From Candidatus Nomurabacteria bacterium (GTDB lineage: Bacteria > Patescibacteriota > Minisyncoccia > Phycocordibacterales > UBA9973), in NCBI GenBank assembly GCA_026395995.1, contig JAPLXQ010000006.1, forward strand, positions 18,983 through 82,982: a DNA stretch of 64,000 nucleotides. Reading direction: 5' to 3'. Made by a program: the position numbers and the translations under genes. Under the pieces are notes generated by a model, which ran no database searches, had not been told where the DNA came from, and worked only from the letters and a program-made list of their open reading frames with translations. Below, piece after piece: positions 49,029-58,976 of this stretch (position 1 is the first letter of the stretch; the number at the start of each line of letters is the position of its first letter).

Positions 49029-49250
49029 TTATTTTTTAGCTTTTGCTGCAGATGCAACACCACGCTTCTTGAAGCGATCAATACGTCCTGTAGTATCTAG
49101 GATTTTATCATTACCTGTATAGAAAGGATGGCATTGAGAACAGATTTCGTTTTCAATTACAAGCATTGTAGAACCAATTTCAAAAACAGCCCCACAAGCA
49201 CAAGTGGCTTTTATCTTATCATCATATTTTGGGTGTATACCTTTTTTCAT
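49029..49250 (-). CDS. rpmE: 50S ribosomal protein L31 (Zn-binding type)
   Basis: MKKGIHPKYDDKIKATCACGAVFEIGSTM...CSQCHPFYTG, showing the CxxC...CxxH zinc ribbon of bL31. Confidence 0.88.
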   Translation of the reverse strand: MKKGIHPKYDDKIKATCACGAVFEIGSTMLVIENEICSQCHPFYTGNDKILDTTGRIDRFKKRGVASAAKAKK

Positions 49251-49289
49251 ATCTTTAATTTAGCACGTAAATATAATTTATGCAAATTT

Positions 49290-50669
49290 CTAATAACCCT
49301 GCAATGGGTCGATTTTATTAATCTGAATATCAGCCACCAATTTCATAACACTCTTACCATAAGAACAAGACGATCCACCTGAGCCATAATACTTACAGGC
49401 TGCCTTAATTTGTGAAGAATAGCTACTGCCTGAAGCACCAAGATCCGATAAAAATATTGCTGAAGCCATAAACGCATCACGAGGTGCCCAAGGATTAGGA
49501 GTAGAAACTCCTAAATAAGTGGCAAGACGATTTTCTATAAGCTTCCAGGTACTAGCGATGAATTGAGCTGGACCCAAAGCTCCACCATAACCCTTCACTC
49601 CGGCAATAGGACATGATACAGCCGTCTTTAATGGATCAAGTCCAAGACGACTAGTGATATCTAGGAATGGTTGTAGATCTCGGCTTGGCTTCATTAAGTT
49701 TGTCCAAGTCTTACCTTTTGTACTGACACCATATCCAGCATTTGGACCAGTAATATCAGTCAAAAAACATTGCCCGACATTAGATCCCAAATTACTTTCT
49801 TGAGTCAGAATTGCCAACAAAAATGCAGGAGCAACACCAGTTTTATTTTTTGCTTCATTTGCATACTGCAAAGCTGTACCGAATTCGATTTTAGTAGAAA
49901 TACCAGCAAGGCTAAATAATGCACTACGAATTTTATTGGCTTTAGCTTTTTTATCATCAGCTATAGCTTTATAATCACTTTCTTTTTGCTTACTCACAGC
50001 TAAAAGCTGTTTTTTTTCTGCTTCTGATTGTGCTACTTTTTTTTGTGTATTTTCTAATTCAGATTTTGCATCCAACTCAGCATTACGTTTCGTTTCTAAA
50101 TCTTTTTTCTGATTTTCAGTCTCAGCTTTTATTCCATTAATTTTTTCCACTGAAGATTTTACAGATTCTTTAATAGAAGTATAAGATTCTAAATCACTAT
50201 AAAAAGTGGAAATATTTTCATCTGAAAGTATTAAATGGGCTAAATTTTTATCATCAAAATCATTTGTATTTCTTAACAATTGAGCTATCGAGGAATGCTC
50301 TCTGTCTATTTTTTCAGAAAGACTTTCAATCTTACTCACTTTATCGTTAATTGAAACCTTCAAACTAGCTACAGCCACACTTCGTGATTTTATTTTTGTT
50401 TTTAAGGCAGAGATTTGTGAAGTCAAATAATCGACATCACCCTTGATAGTACCTGTCTTTTTTTGTTGAGCTATTTGGCGATTTAAGGCATTGTTATATT
50501 CTATCTCTAGAGCGTCTAGTTCTTTTTGGCAAAAATCTTTATCGAACTGAGTCACAATATTAGAAGAAGAAGAACAATCAATAGCCAATGCTTTGTTAAT
50601 TTGAAGCATTGGGTAAAAATTAAATACAAATATTACAATAAAAAAAGCCATGATTGTCTTTTTCATCAT
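49290..50669 (-). CDS. Secreted coiled-coil protein with C-terminal lytic transglycosylase (SLT-like) domain
   Basis: Signal peptide; ~230-aa heptad-rich region; the C-terminal domain has AFLLAILTQESNLGSNVGQCFL (the catalytic-Glu ES motif) and GPAQFIASTW. Confidence 0.65.
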   Translation of the reverse strand: MMKKTIMAFFIVIFVFNFYPMLQINKALAIDCSSSSNIVTQFDKDFCQKELDALEIEYNNALNRQIAQQKKTGTIKGDVDYLTSQISALKTKIKSRSVAVASLKVSINDKVSKIESLSEKIDREHSSIAQLLRNTNDFDDKNLAHLILSDENISTFYSDLESYTSIKESVKSSVEKINGIKAETENQKKDLETKRNAELDAKSELENTQKKVAQSEAEKKQLLAVSKQKESDYKAIADDKKAKANKIRSALFSLAGISTKIEFGTALQYANEAKNKTGVAPAFLLAILTQESNLGSNVGQCFLTDITGPNAGYGVSTKGKTWTNLMKPSRDLQPFLDITSRLGLDPLKTAVSCPIAGVKGYGGALGPAQFIASTWKLIENRLATYLGVSTPNPWAPRDAFMASAIFLSDLGASGSSYSSQIKAACKYYGSGGSSCSYGKSVMKLVADIQINKIDPLQGY

Positions 50670-50701
50670 GGCTTAATTATATCATAAAAATGATTAGAGT
50701 A

Positions 50702-51334
50702 TTATTCAGCTGGAATAACTTCTTCTTCTTTCTTACCTTTCTTTTCTACTTCAATCGCTGATAGATCTACTGGAGCGACTTCTACTTCCTCTTTTTGTAC
50801 AGCAATACTTGCTACTACTTCTTCTAATGCAGTTATTATAGTAACGTTTGCTGGAATAGAAATATCTGAAACTAATACGACGTCATCGACAGTAATTAAT
50901 TTTGAAATGTCAATTTCAAGATTATGTGGAAGATCTTTTGGAAGAGCTTCGACTTCGACTTCGTGAAGAACTTTGACGAGTGATCCTAGACCACCTTTTA
51001 CAGCAGCTGATACACCAGTAAATTCTACAGGAACGTGAACCTTGATTTTCTTATTCATATCAACGACTAAGAAGTCGACATGTATTGGCTCATCAGTAAC
51101 AGGGTGAACTTGAACTTCATGGATAAGAGTATCTACAGCACCAGATTCTGCTTCAATCTTTACAGTAGAAGATTCTCCAGCTTTGTGCCAAACTTTTTTA
51201 AATTCAACAGATGAAATAGTAATAGGAGTTGTTTCTTTGCCCATACCGTAAAAAACAGCTGGGATTTCTCCGCCTTTTCTTAAAGCAGACAAATCTGCCT
51301 TTGGATCTCTTGTTTTAGCTTTTATTGTGAACAT
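50702..51334 (-). CDS. rplY: 50S ribosomal protein L25 / general stress protein Ctc
   Basis: MFTIKAKTRDPKADLSALRKGGEIPAVFYG... plus the C-terminal beta-barrel extension typical of Ctc-form bL25. Confidence 0.85.
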   Translation of the reverse strand: MFTIKAKTRDPKADLSALRKGGEIPAVFYGMGKETTPITISSVEFKKVWHKAGESSTVKIEAESGAVDTLIHEVQVHPVTDEPIHVDFLVVDMNKKIKVHVPVEFTGVSAAVKGGLGSLVKVLHEVEVEALPKDLPHNLEIDISKLITVDDVVLVSDISIPANVTIITALEEVVASIAVQKEEVEVAPVDLSAIEVEKKGKKEEEVIPAE

Positions 51335-51383
51335 GAACTCTATTATATATAAATTCGGTTAAATTGCAAGTGAATAAAGCAAA

Positions 51384-53141
51384 TTATACTCCGTGGTGTG
51401 GTTTTGGGTGTTCTATAGCTAAATGACTAGCTATATATTCCTTTGTACCACCTATCTTTTTACCAGGATTTAAAATATTATTCGGGTCAAAAATAGTCTT
51501 TGTTTGTTTGAATAAATTGTAAATTCTTTCACCATACATCTTCTCTAGGTACGGAGTTCGTACTATTCCGTCATTGTGTTCAGCTGTTATAGACCCATGA
51601 TAACGAATAACTAAATCATAAACTTTATCTGAAAGTTCTAAAATAATTTTAGCTGTATCGGGACGAGTAAAATCCATCAGTGGAATTATATGAAAATTTC
51701 CATCACCTGCGTGTCCTGCTATCGTATATGTAATATCATAATTTCCTAAAATTTTATTTAACTCTGGAATAAATTTTGGTAAAAATTCTGGACGAACAAT
51801 AATGTCATCGATAAATGGTGCTGTTCTTTTGTTCGCGACGTGTTTACGAAGTAAATTGAAACTTTCGCGACGAATATCCCAATATTTTCCTGCTTCTGCA
51901 TCTGATTTCGTAATATGAACTTTTAAATTAAAATGTTTTATCGCTTCTTTTAATTTTATACATTGAGCATTTGCTTGCTCTTCATTATCGCCAGCAAATT
52001 CTACAAGCAAAATCATTTTCGGGAATCCACCTGTAATCATCATTCCGAGTTCCGGCAAGAATGACCACATAAATTTAATCATTCCTATTAATCCTTTTGT
52101 CTTTAAAAAGTCTGGGAAAAACTTTACTGCGAGTTTCATCGTCTTGTCATCATAAGTTTCCAATGTCTCTGGATTCAGAGGTAAAATCTCATCTACAAGT
52201 CTACCTAGTGGTTCCAAGTCTGTCATAAAAATAGCTACAAGTTTTGAATACTTTGGATTTTTAACAAGTTTAAAAGTGACTTCTGTCGCTATACCTAAAG
52301 TTCCTTGAGAACCAACGAGCAACTTATTTAGATTAAAAATTTTATCAGCACCCCCTCCCAACCTCCCCCTTGGCAAAGGGGGAGGAGAACTCAATACATT
52401 CCAAAGATAATATCCAGCAGAATTTTTGTGAACTTTTGGTTTCGCCTCCGCTATTTCTTCTTCATTATTTTTTACTAATTCAAAAATCTTTTTACTATAT
52501 TCGTCTTGATTAGAAATTTGATTCGCTGGAATTGATTTTATAATTCTCTCTACTCCGTCAGTAAAAACAACTTTTGATTCTACTACATAATCTTCTGTTT
52601 TTCCGTATTTTAAAGTTCTCTCTCCTGCAGAATTATTTCCAAACATTCCACCCATAGCATTTAAACTCTTTGATGCAGTATAGCAAGGTAAAATAAGCCC
52701 TTTTTCTAAAGTTATTTTTTCAAAATCTCTGTAAAACATTCCCGGCTGAACAGTAATGGTCGGCTGGGAAAAGGCAAGACCTTTAGGGAGTCCAAGGTCT
52801 TGCCTTGAGGAAGCCGAATCATTAAATTCAATTAATTTATTCATATATTTAGTAAAATCTAAAATTATAGATTCACCGATAGCTCCGCCAGACATATCTG
52901 TCCCAGCACAACGGCACGTAATAGAAAGAAGATCACCTTTCTCATGCAATCCTTTGTTTTTTACGATGTCATTATTTTTATTTATAAATTTAACTAAATT
53001 CTGAACATCAATATTATCTTTAGGAAAGATTACAAACTTTGGACGAATTTCAAAAATACTCGCATCATGAGAATATTTTTTAAGTGTTTCATCACTATCA
53101 TCCACTTCCCCTTTTATTATTTTTTGTAGTTCTTCTTTCAT
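51384..53141 (-). CDS. FAD-linked oxidoreductase (PCMH-type FAD-binding domain + FAD-oxidase C-terminal domain; GlcD/D-lactate dehydrogenase-like), carrying an in-frame GC-rich repeat insertion
   Basis: FAD-binding segments (ITCRCAGTDMSGGAIGESIILDF; LLVGSQGTLGIATEVTFKL); the C-terminal HGSITAEHNDG. The insert [16 protein letters not shown] is encoded by the repeat at 52348-52388. Confidence 0.7.
   Translation of the reverse strand: MKEELQKIIKGEVDDSDETLKKYSHDASIFEIRPKFVIFPKDNIDVQNLVKFINKNNDIVKNKGLHEKGDLLSITCRCAGTDMSGGAIGESIILDFTKYMNKLIEFNDSASSRQDLGLPKGLAFSQPTITVQPGMFYRDFEKITLEKGLILPCYTASKSLNAMGGMFGNNSAGERTLKYGKTEDYVVESKVVFTDGVERIIKSIPANQISNQDEYSKKIFELVKNNEEEIAEAKPKVHKNSAGYYLWNVLSSPPPLPRGRLGGGADKIFNLNKLLVGSQGTLGIATEVTFKLVKNPKYSKLVAIFMTDLEPLGRLVDEILPLNPETLETYDDKTMKLAVKFFPDFLKTKGLIGMIKFMWSFLPELGMMITGGFPKMILLVEFAGDNEEQANAQCIKLKEAIKHFNLKVHITKSDAEAGKYWDIRRESFNLLRKHVANKRTAPFIDDIIVRPEFLPKFIPELNKILGNYDITYTIAGHAGDGNFHIIPLMDFTRPDTAKIILELSDKVYDLVIRYHGSITAEHNDGIVRTPYLEKMYGERIYNLFKQTKTIFDPNNILNPGKKIGGTKEYIASHLAIEHPKPHHGV
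52348..52388. repeat. Single reverse-orientation copy of the GC-rich palindromic repeat (GCACCCCCTCCCAA CCTCCCCC TTGGCAAA GGGGGAGG), in frame inside the FAD-oxidase gene
   Basis: Near-exact reverse complement of the atpG copy at 42072-42111, differing only in the loop. It translates to SPPPLPRGRLGGG. Confidence 0.7.
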
Positions 53142-53142
53142 A

Positions 53143-53487
53143 TTAAAATATTACCATGGAAACAAGTCCTAAAATTCCAAAAATAAATCCAATAGCAGTT
53201 CCCCTGCTTGGAAGTTCATGAAAAATTAAATAATTAATTATTGGTTCCATAAACAGTATAGAAGTAATTGATATCACAGAAACAATCCAAATATCTTTAA
53301 ATCCTTTAAATGCGAACATATAACCTGCTACTAAAAGTCCACCAGCTATAGTCATTAATATAAACATCTTGATAAAGATCGACCAAAATAAATTATTTTG
53401 ATATGAATGTGCTGCAATTACTTCAGTATAAATAGCTAAACTTTCTCCAAGAAATAATAATGCAACACTAATAATTTTTATCAACAT
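53143..53487 (-). CDS. Small four-TM membrane protein, SMR/DMT-superfamily-like (Glu in TM1)
   Basis: 114 aa with four hydrophobic helices and a conserved-position Glu (LLFLGESLAIY) in helix 1, as in SMR transporters. Confidence 0.4.
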   Translation of the reverse strand: MLIKIISVALLFLGESLAIYTEVIAAHSYQNNLFWSIFIKMFILMTIAGGLLVAGYMFAFKGFKDIWIVSVISITSILFMEPIINYLIFHELPSRGTAIGFIFGILGLVSMVIF

Positions 53488-53489
53488 TT

Positions 53490-54359
53490 TTATTGCATTC
53501 CATTAAATAATTTTAATCTTGATTCTACTACGACTTCGATGGCATCGACTGCTGGTTGTAATATTTTTGCAGGAGTTATTTCTATAGGATTTGCAGCAAT
53601 TGTTTTCTCTACTGCTTCTTTAAAGGCGAGACGAATCTCACTATTAATGTGTACTATTGAAATTCCAGCTTTGATAGCATTAGTAAAATCTTCATCACGA
53701 AGACCTGAACCTCCATGAAGAACAAGTGGTATACCTGTAATATTTTTTATTTCACCCACGAGTACTGCATCGATATGTGGCTTACCTGTTTTTATAAGTC
53801 CATGAATACTGCCAACAGATGGAGCAAATAAATCAATCCCAGTAGCATCTACGAAATTCTTCGCATCTTCGGGCTTGGTTAGGACTCCTGCACCTTCTGG
53901 AATACTGTCGCGAATCACAGAACCAGAGCCGATAAAGCCGAGCTCTGCCTCTATCAAGACATCTCTTCCTGTATTTTTTGTAACTTCACGTGCGTAGTCT
54001 ACACATTGTTTTGTAATTGCTACATTTTCTTCGAAAGGAAGTTTTGTATTATCGATGATAGCCATATCGAAACCGACATCGATACACTTCTTTACTGATT
54101 CGAAAGATGCATGATGATCTGCATTTAAAAATATTGGATAATTATCACGAGTGCGAATTTCACTGACCAATGCATATACTTCTTCGAGTCCTGCGAATTT
54201 TTCTTCTCCTTCTGAAACTCCGATAATAACTGGTAAATTTAATTTTTTTGCCGCATTATAAATACCATGTAACGCTTCTAAATTTGAAATATTAAAATGC
54301 CCAATAGCAACACCCCTTTCCTGCGCTTCTTTTATATATTCACGTAATGTTTTATTCAT
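53490..54359 (-). CDS. fba: Class II fructose-/tagatose-bisphosphate aldolase
   Basis: IGVSEGEEKFAGLE, NADHHASFESVKKCIDVGFD (zinc-ligand His) and LVLHGGSGL, all class II aldolase hallmarks. Confidence 0.85.
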   Translation of the reverse strand: MNKTLREYIKEAQERGVAIGHFNISNLEALHGIYNAAKKLNLPVIIGVSEGEEKFAGLEEVYALVSEIRTRDNYPIFLNADHHASFESVKKCIDVGFDMAIIDNTKLPFEENVAITKQCVDYAREVTKNTGRDVLIEAELGFIGSGSVIRDSIPEGAGVLTKPEDAKNFVDATGIDLFAPSVGSIHGLIKTGKPHIDAVLVGEIKNITGIPLVLHGGSGLRDEDFTNAIKAGISIVHINSEIRLAFKEAVEKTIAANPIEITPAKILQPAVDAIEVVVESRLKLFNGMQ

Positions 54360-54363
54360 TACT

Positions 54364-55842
54364 CTATTTTAGCAAATCCATGAGCAATTGTTTAGCTACT
54401 TGGGGATTCGCGGAGCCTTTGGTTTCTTTCATCATTTGACCGACGAGTGACATGAGCGCGACTTCTTTACCGCCTTTATAATCAGCAACGACTTTTTCAT
54501 TTCCTGAGATTATTTTCTGAGCAATTTCAGTGAGTGCACCTGTATCGTTTTTCTGAAGCAAATCTTTTTCTGTAGCAATTTTAAGTGGGCTAGCATCTTC
54601 GGAAACGATCATCGCCAAAATATCTTTTCCGGCACGAGAAGAAATTTTATTTTCAAAAATTAATGTGACGAGTTCGGCAAAGTTAAAAGCACTTGGCTTT
54701 TTGAATTTTCCCTCCCCTTCGCCAAGGGGAGGGTTAGGGAGGGGTGCATTTTTCCTTAGACCAATAAAATCTGTAGTTATATAATTAGAAGCAACTTTTG
54801 CTAAATCTTTATTGTCACTAAGCTCTACAATAATTTCTTCAAACCATTTTCCGAGTTCTAAATCATTAATATAGACTTCTATATCTTCATCTTTAATACC
54901 ATACGCTGTTTTATATCTATCTCTCTTTTGTGCTGGAGTTTCTGGTAGATCTTTCTTCATAGCTTCTAAATCAAAAGCTTCGTGAAGTTTCATTTTTGGT
55001 AAATCAGGATCAGGAAAATAACGATAGTCCTGACTACTTTCTTTCTTTCTCTGAGAAATTGTCTTTTGTTTATTTTCATCCCAACCACGAGTTTCTTTTA
55101 CTATTTCACTTTCGCGTCCACTTTCAAAAAGTTCAGTCATTCTTTCTACTTCATATTTAATAGCTTTTTCTGCACTACGGAAAGAGTTTAAATTTTTTAC
55201 TTCTACATATGCAGGCCATTTGTTATCTTTATCTGGTGAAATAGAAACGTTTGCTTCTACGCGCATTTCTCCCTTTTCCATATTTGCCTCTGAAACTCCG
55301 AGATACCAAAGTAAGAGTTGATATTCTTTTGCGAAATTACTTGCGCACTTTGCCGCATCTTCTGGATTATCAAAAGTATGTGCTTCAGTAACGAGTTCCA
55401 TAAGTGGTACACCAGCACGATTGAAATCAATAAGTGTATAATCCCCTTTGTCGTGTTTACTAGTCCCTGTATCTTCTTCCAAGTGAATACGAGTGAGGTC
55501 CATCCCTGCGAGCTTACCACCAGAAACTATTGGATATTTGTATTGTGAAATCTGATATCCTTTTGGAATATCTGGATAAAAATAATTCTTTCTATCGAAT
55601 TCTGAAAAATCTGCTATTTCTGAACCAAGTGCGAGCCCAACTTTAATAACACTTTCAATAGCCTTTTTATTGGGTACAGGCAAAGTCGCCGGATGCGCCA
55701 TACATACAGGACAAATGTTTACGTTTGGCTTTTCCTCATCAGGATCGTTTTTACAACCACAAAACATCTTTGTAGTTGTCTTCAACTCCGCATGTATTTC
55801 CAAACCTATTGTTGTGTAATATTTCTTTTCCATAAAGTTCAA
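54364..55842 (-). CDS. gatB: Asp-tRNA(Asn)/Glu-tRNA(Gln) amidotransferase subunit B, carrying an in-frame GC-rich repeat insertion near the C-terminal domain
   Basis: MEKKYYTTIGLEIHAELKTTTKMFCGCKND is the canonical GatB N-terminus. The insert APLPNPPLGEGEGKF is encoded by the repeat at 54709-54747. C-terminal YqeY-like domain. Confidence 0.88.
   Translation of the reverse strand: MNFMEKKYYTTIGLEIHAELKTTTKMFCGCKNDPDEEKPNVNICPVCMAHPATLPVPNKKAIESVIKVGLALGSEIADFSEFDRKNYFYPDIPKGYQISQYKYPIVSGGKLAGMDLTRIHLEEDTGTSKHDKGDYTLIDFNRAGVPLMELVTEAHTFDNPEDAAKCASNFAKEYQLLLWYLGVSEANMEKGEMRVEANVSISPDKDNKWPAYVEVKNLNSFRSAEKAIKYEVERMTELFESGRESEIVKETRGWDENKQKTISQRKKESSQDYRYFPDPDLPKMKLHEAFDLEAMKKDLPETPAQKRDRYKTAYGIKDEDIEVYINDLELGKWFEEIIVELSDNKDLAKVASNYITTDFIGLRKNAPLPNPPLGEGEGKFKKPSAFNFAELVTLIFENKISSRAGKDILAMIVSEDASPLKIATEKDLLQKNDTGALTEIAQKIISGNEKVVADYKGGKEVALMSLVGQMMKETKGSANPQVAKQLLMDLLK
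54709..54747. repeat. Single forward-orientation copy of the GC-rich palindromic repeat (CCCTCCCC TTCGCCAA GGGGAGGG TTAGGGAGGGGTGC), in frame inside gatB
   Basis: Same architecture and tail as the atpG copy; translates to PLPNPPLGEGEG. Confidence 0.7.
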
Positions 55843-55941
55843 TTATTATAGCAAAATAACTCTATAATTTATAGAGTTGACAAAAATTAATTTTAAGAGT
55901 AATGTAATACAAAAATACATTCACAATTAAAAACTATAAAG

Positions 55942-56550
55942 ATGTCAAAATTAAACTTATTACTAGTTAAAGAAGAAAAAAGAATAACTCTATTAAGAGA
56001 AAAATTTGCAGAAAGAACAAAAGTTGTTATTGAACATAATCTTCTCGCAACAGAACATAACAAATTAGTAGAAGAATTAAAAAAATCAAAAGAAAAATTA
56101 CAAATACCAAACCTGAGAATACTGGTAATAGACAAAGAACTGCAAGAGAATGTTGAACCTATTGTTTTGAATACAATGTCAGTATTAGTAAACTTGCTTT
56201 CAGAAAAAATACTGATTTCATTCCTTTCTTCAAAAACATATTATAATGAGGAAGAAAAAAAGGGGGCTTGTCCTACAGAATACTTGGAACGACAATCATT
56301 ATTATTTTGTTTGTTGTTCGAAGGCCTTCATGTTAATTTTGGTAAAAAACCTTCCTTTCGTGAAAGTTCTGTAACAGTATTAACTAATGAATTTGAATCT
56401 CGAGCCAAGGCCAATTCAATGACATTAGAAAATTTTCTAGCAAAAACAAAAAAAATCATTAATAAAAAATGGTCTGATTTTGCTGAAATTGAAATTCTTG
56501 CAAGTAGTGATAATGTAGCATATAAGATAATATTCACTCCTAAAAAATAA
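55942..56550 (+). CDS. Hypothetical protein (202 aa)
   Basis: ORF with a downstream terminator; no motif recognised. Confidence 0.35.
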   Translation: MSKLNLLLVKEEKRITLLREKFAERTKVVIEHNLLATEHNKLVEELKKSKEKLQIPNLRILVIDKELQENVEPIVLNTMSVLVNLLSEKILISFLSSKTYYNEEEKKGACPTEYLERQSLLFCLLFEGLHVNFGKKPSFRESSVTVLTNEFESRAKANSMTLENFLAKTKKIINKKWSDFAEIEILASSDNVAYKIIFTPKK

Positions 56551-56562
56551 AAGAAATAAACC

Positions 56563-56588
56563 AAAAATCCCCACATGGGGATTTTTTT
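56563..56588. terminator. Bidirectional terminator AAAAATCCCCA cat GGGGATTTTTTT
   Basis: Perfect 7-bp stem flanked by A5 and T7. Confidence 0.7.
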
Positions 56589-56892
56589 ATTCTTTAATCG
56601 TAGCTTCGACGTGGAGAGTTTCGGTAGATTGACTATTTGGGGCGGAGGCGTTGCCTCCGTATCTTTTCACTTTTGTATAAATCCAAGATCCGGCATTACC
56701 TACAGTATGCGCCGTATCAGTCATTGTCTTTACCTTAGAAAATACAACAAAAAGTAAGAATAAGGTAACAACGTAAGGTATAATAGCTAACCAAAAAATA
56801 ACTTTAAAAAATAAGTATGGACCACCGAGGACATGAGTGTATCCCAATACCCAGAGTGCCATCATTATTAAAAAAGTTCGTGAAAGTTTCAT
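56587..56892 (-). CDS. Small membrane protein (hypothetical)
   Basis: Three hydrophobic helices plus a hydrophilic C-terminal tail. The tail-coding DNA contains a GGAGGCgttGCCTCC hairpin. Confidence 0.35.
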   Translation of the reverse strand: MKLSRTFLIMMALWVLGYTHVLGGPYLFFKVIFWLAIIPYVVTLFLLFVVFSKVKTMTDTAHTVGNAGSWIYTKVKRYGGNASAPNSQSTETLHVEATIKE

Positions 56893-56896
56893 ATAT

Positions 56897-57892
56897 TTAT
56901 TTAACTTTTAAAACCTTAGTCAAATCATCCATAAATTCTTTTATTGAAGCATCATCGAACAATGAAAGTGTAAAAACTTTTTTACCTAGCTTCTCGAATT
57001 CTTTTTTTGTTTTTGCTATTATTTTTTTATCCTCCAAAACATCAGTCTTGGTTAAAATAATTATTTCTTCTTTTGCTGAAAGACCTTCTTCTCCAAGCTC
57101 AGCCTTTTTATCATAGGCTTCGAGTTCTTTGCGAATTTCTTTATAAGTTTTCATTAAATTTTCGTTTTCAAAAGATACAAGGTGTGCAATCATTTTAGTA
57201 CGCTTTATATGCTTTAAAAATTTTACCCCAAGGCCTTTACCTTCACTAGCCCCTTCGATGATTCCTGGAATATCAGCAATTATGTAACCATAGAAATCTC
57301 CGAGGTGTGGGTCGAGGGTTGTGAATTGATATGAGCCCACTTTTGACTGAGCATTCGTCACAGCATTAAGAAGTGAAGACTTCCCTGCATTAGGAAGACC
57401 TACTAGCCCGATATCAGCAAAGATTTCGAGTTCTATTTGAAAGTCCCCGACTTCACCTTCTTGACCGGGACGCCAATCTCTAGGAGTAGTATTGATAGAA
57501 CTTTTAAAATGTTCATTACCATATCCGCCACGTCCACCATGACAAATCATAAATTTTTCTCCTTCTTCGAGAAGAGTAAATTTTTCTCCGGTTGCAATAT
57601 TTGTAACTACAGAACCAATAGGAAGTTCTAGCATAAAATCCTCACCATTTTTACCAGTAAGACTTTTACTTCCACCATCTTCACCTTTTTCTGCATAAAA
57701 ATCTTTTTTAGCTTTGTATTTTGCTAGAAGTCCTATATCACGCGCACCGACAATATAAAAATCTCCACCACGTCCACCGTCGCCTCCTGCAGGCCCACCC
57801 TTAGCAATAAATTTTTCTTGGCGCCATCGTACGACACCGTTTCCACCGTTTCCTGCTTCTGCGTGTATTTTTAATTCATCGATTAATGCCAT
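56897..57892 (-). CDS. obg: GTPase Obg/CgtA
   Basis: Obg-fold Gly-rich N-domain (GNGGNGVVRWRQEKFIAKGGPAGGDGGRGGDFY); G-domain GLVGLPNAGKSSLLNAVT, DIPGIIEGAS. Confidence 0.88.
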   Translation of the reverse strand: MALIDELKIHAEAGNGGNGVVRWRQEKFIAKGGPAGGDGGRGGDFYIVGARDIGLLAKYKAKKDFYAEKGEDGGSKSLTGKNGEDFMLELPIGSVVTNIATGEKFTLLEEGEKFMICHGGRGGYGNEHFKSSINTTPRDWRPGQEGEVGDFQIELEIFADIGLVGLPNAGKSSLLNAVTNAQSKVGSYQFTTLDPHLGDFYGYIIADIPGIIEGASEGKGLGVKFLKHIKRTKMIAHLVSFENENLMKTYKEIRKELEAYDKKAELGEEGLSAKEEIIILTKTDVLEDKKIIAKTKKEFEKLGKKVFTLSLFDDASIKEFMDDLTKVLKVK

Positions 57893-57905
57893 ATAATATT
57901 TTCGT

Positions 57906-58976
57906 TTAATTTAATAAAGGTGGATTTTTAGACATCCAATCCAACAACCAATCTATCGCTTTTTGTATATTTTCAAAATCTCCCATTTTCATAACACCAC
58001 CAGATGCCAAATCATGACCACTTCCGAGGTTTGTTCTTTCAAAAAGTAATCGAACATTTGTAATTCCAGGGAGTGAACGAGCTGATAAATGGATATTACC
58101 ACTTTCTCTAGTACTTACCACAAAACCCCAACCATAGCCTGATATATTTCTCAAATACTGAGCCATATATATGTGTGAACCAGCAGAGCGTTCTTCATCG
58201 GTAAATTTATTATCTGTAAAAAATTTTTCGTCAACAAAAGAATATTGAAATGGTGGCCAGCCTGGAATAGTCTTATAGTTAGTATTCTTTATAAATTCTT
58301 TAATAATCTCAAAAGCATTAGCTGAAATAGAATTATATTTAGATTTAAAACTATCAATAGATATCTCGCCTATTTCCACTAAACGTTTTACTATTAAATA
58401 TATTTCACTCTGATGTGGTTTTATATAAGTCAGATTTCCAGTATCTCCTAAAATACCTAAAAGAAAAATTTCTGAAAGTTCTTTTGTTAAATTAAAATCA
58501 TTTTCAAAAATAGTATATATGAGTTGTGCTGTAGAAGTCATACTACTATCTATAATAGACAAGAAAAATTCATCTGGAGTTCCAGCATGATGATCGAGAG
58601 TAATAGTTTTTGGAACTAACTTTAAAAGTTCTGGAAATTTTGAAAATCTATGATACTGACTACCATCTAAAGTAATTAAAAGGTCAGTATCTTTTAGGTT
58701 CTCTGACATATCATTCACAAAATTTATTTTTTCAAAATTTTTAAATATATTATATCTCTCTATTTTTGGTCCAGTATAAAATATTTGTATATTTTTATCA
58801 GTATTTTTTTGAGATAAAATTTCATATATAGAAAGAACAGACGCTATAGAATCATCATCTGGGCCTATATGTGAAGTAATAACAATATTTTTAGCATTGT
58901 TAAAAAATTCAAAAAAATCTTTATTATATTGTTCTTTTTTATTCATTTCCATTGAAAAATTCTTCAAAAATCTCAT
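57906..58976 (-). CDS. DHH/DHHA1-family phosphoesterase (NrnA-like oligoribonuclease / pAp phosphatase)
   Basis: ITSHIGPDDDSIASV (DHH motif I/II region), LDHHAGTPDEF (the DHH motif) and a C-terminal DHHA1-like GGGH-type region (GSGHDLASGG). Confidence 0.7.
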   Translation of the reverse strand: MRFLKNFSMEMNKKEQYNKDFFEFFNNAKNIVITSHIGPDDDSIASVLSIYEILSQKNTDKNIQIFYTGPKIERYNIFKNFEKINFVNDMSENLKDTDLLITLDGSQYHRFSKFPELLKLVPKTITLDHHAGTPDEFFLSIIDSSMTSTAQLIYTIFENDFNLTKELSEIFLLGILGDTGNLTYIKPHQSEIYLIVKRLVEIGEISIDSFKSKYNSISANAFEIIKEFIKNTNYKTIPGWPPFQYSFVDEKFFTDNKFTDEERSAGSHIYMAQYLRNISGYGWGFVVSTRESGNIHLSARSLPGITNVRLLFERTNLGSGHDLASGGVMKMGDFENIQKAIDWLLDWMSKNPPLLN

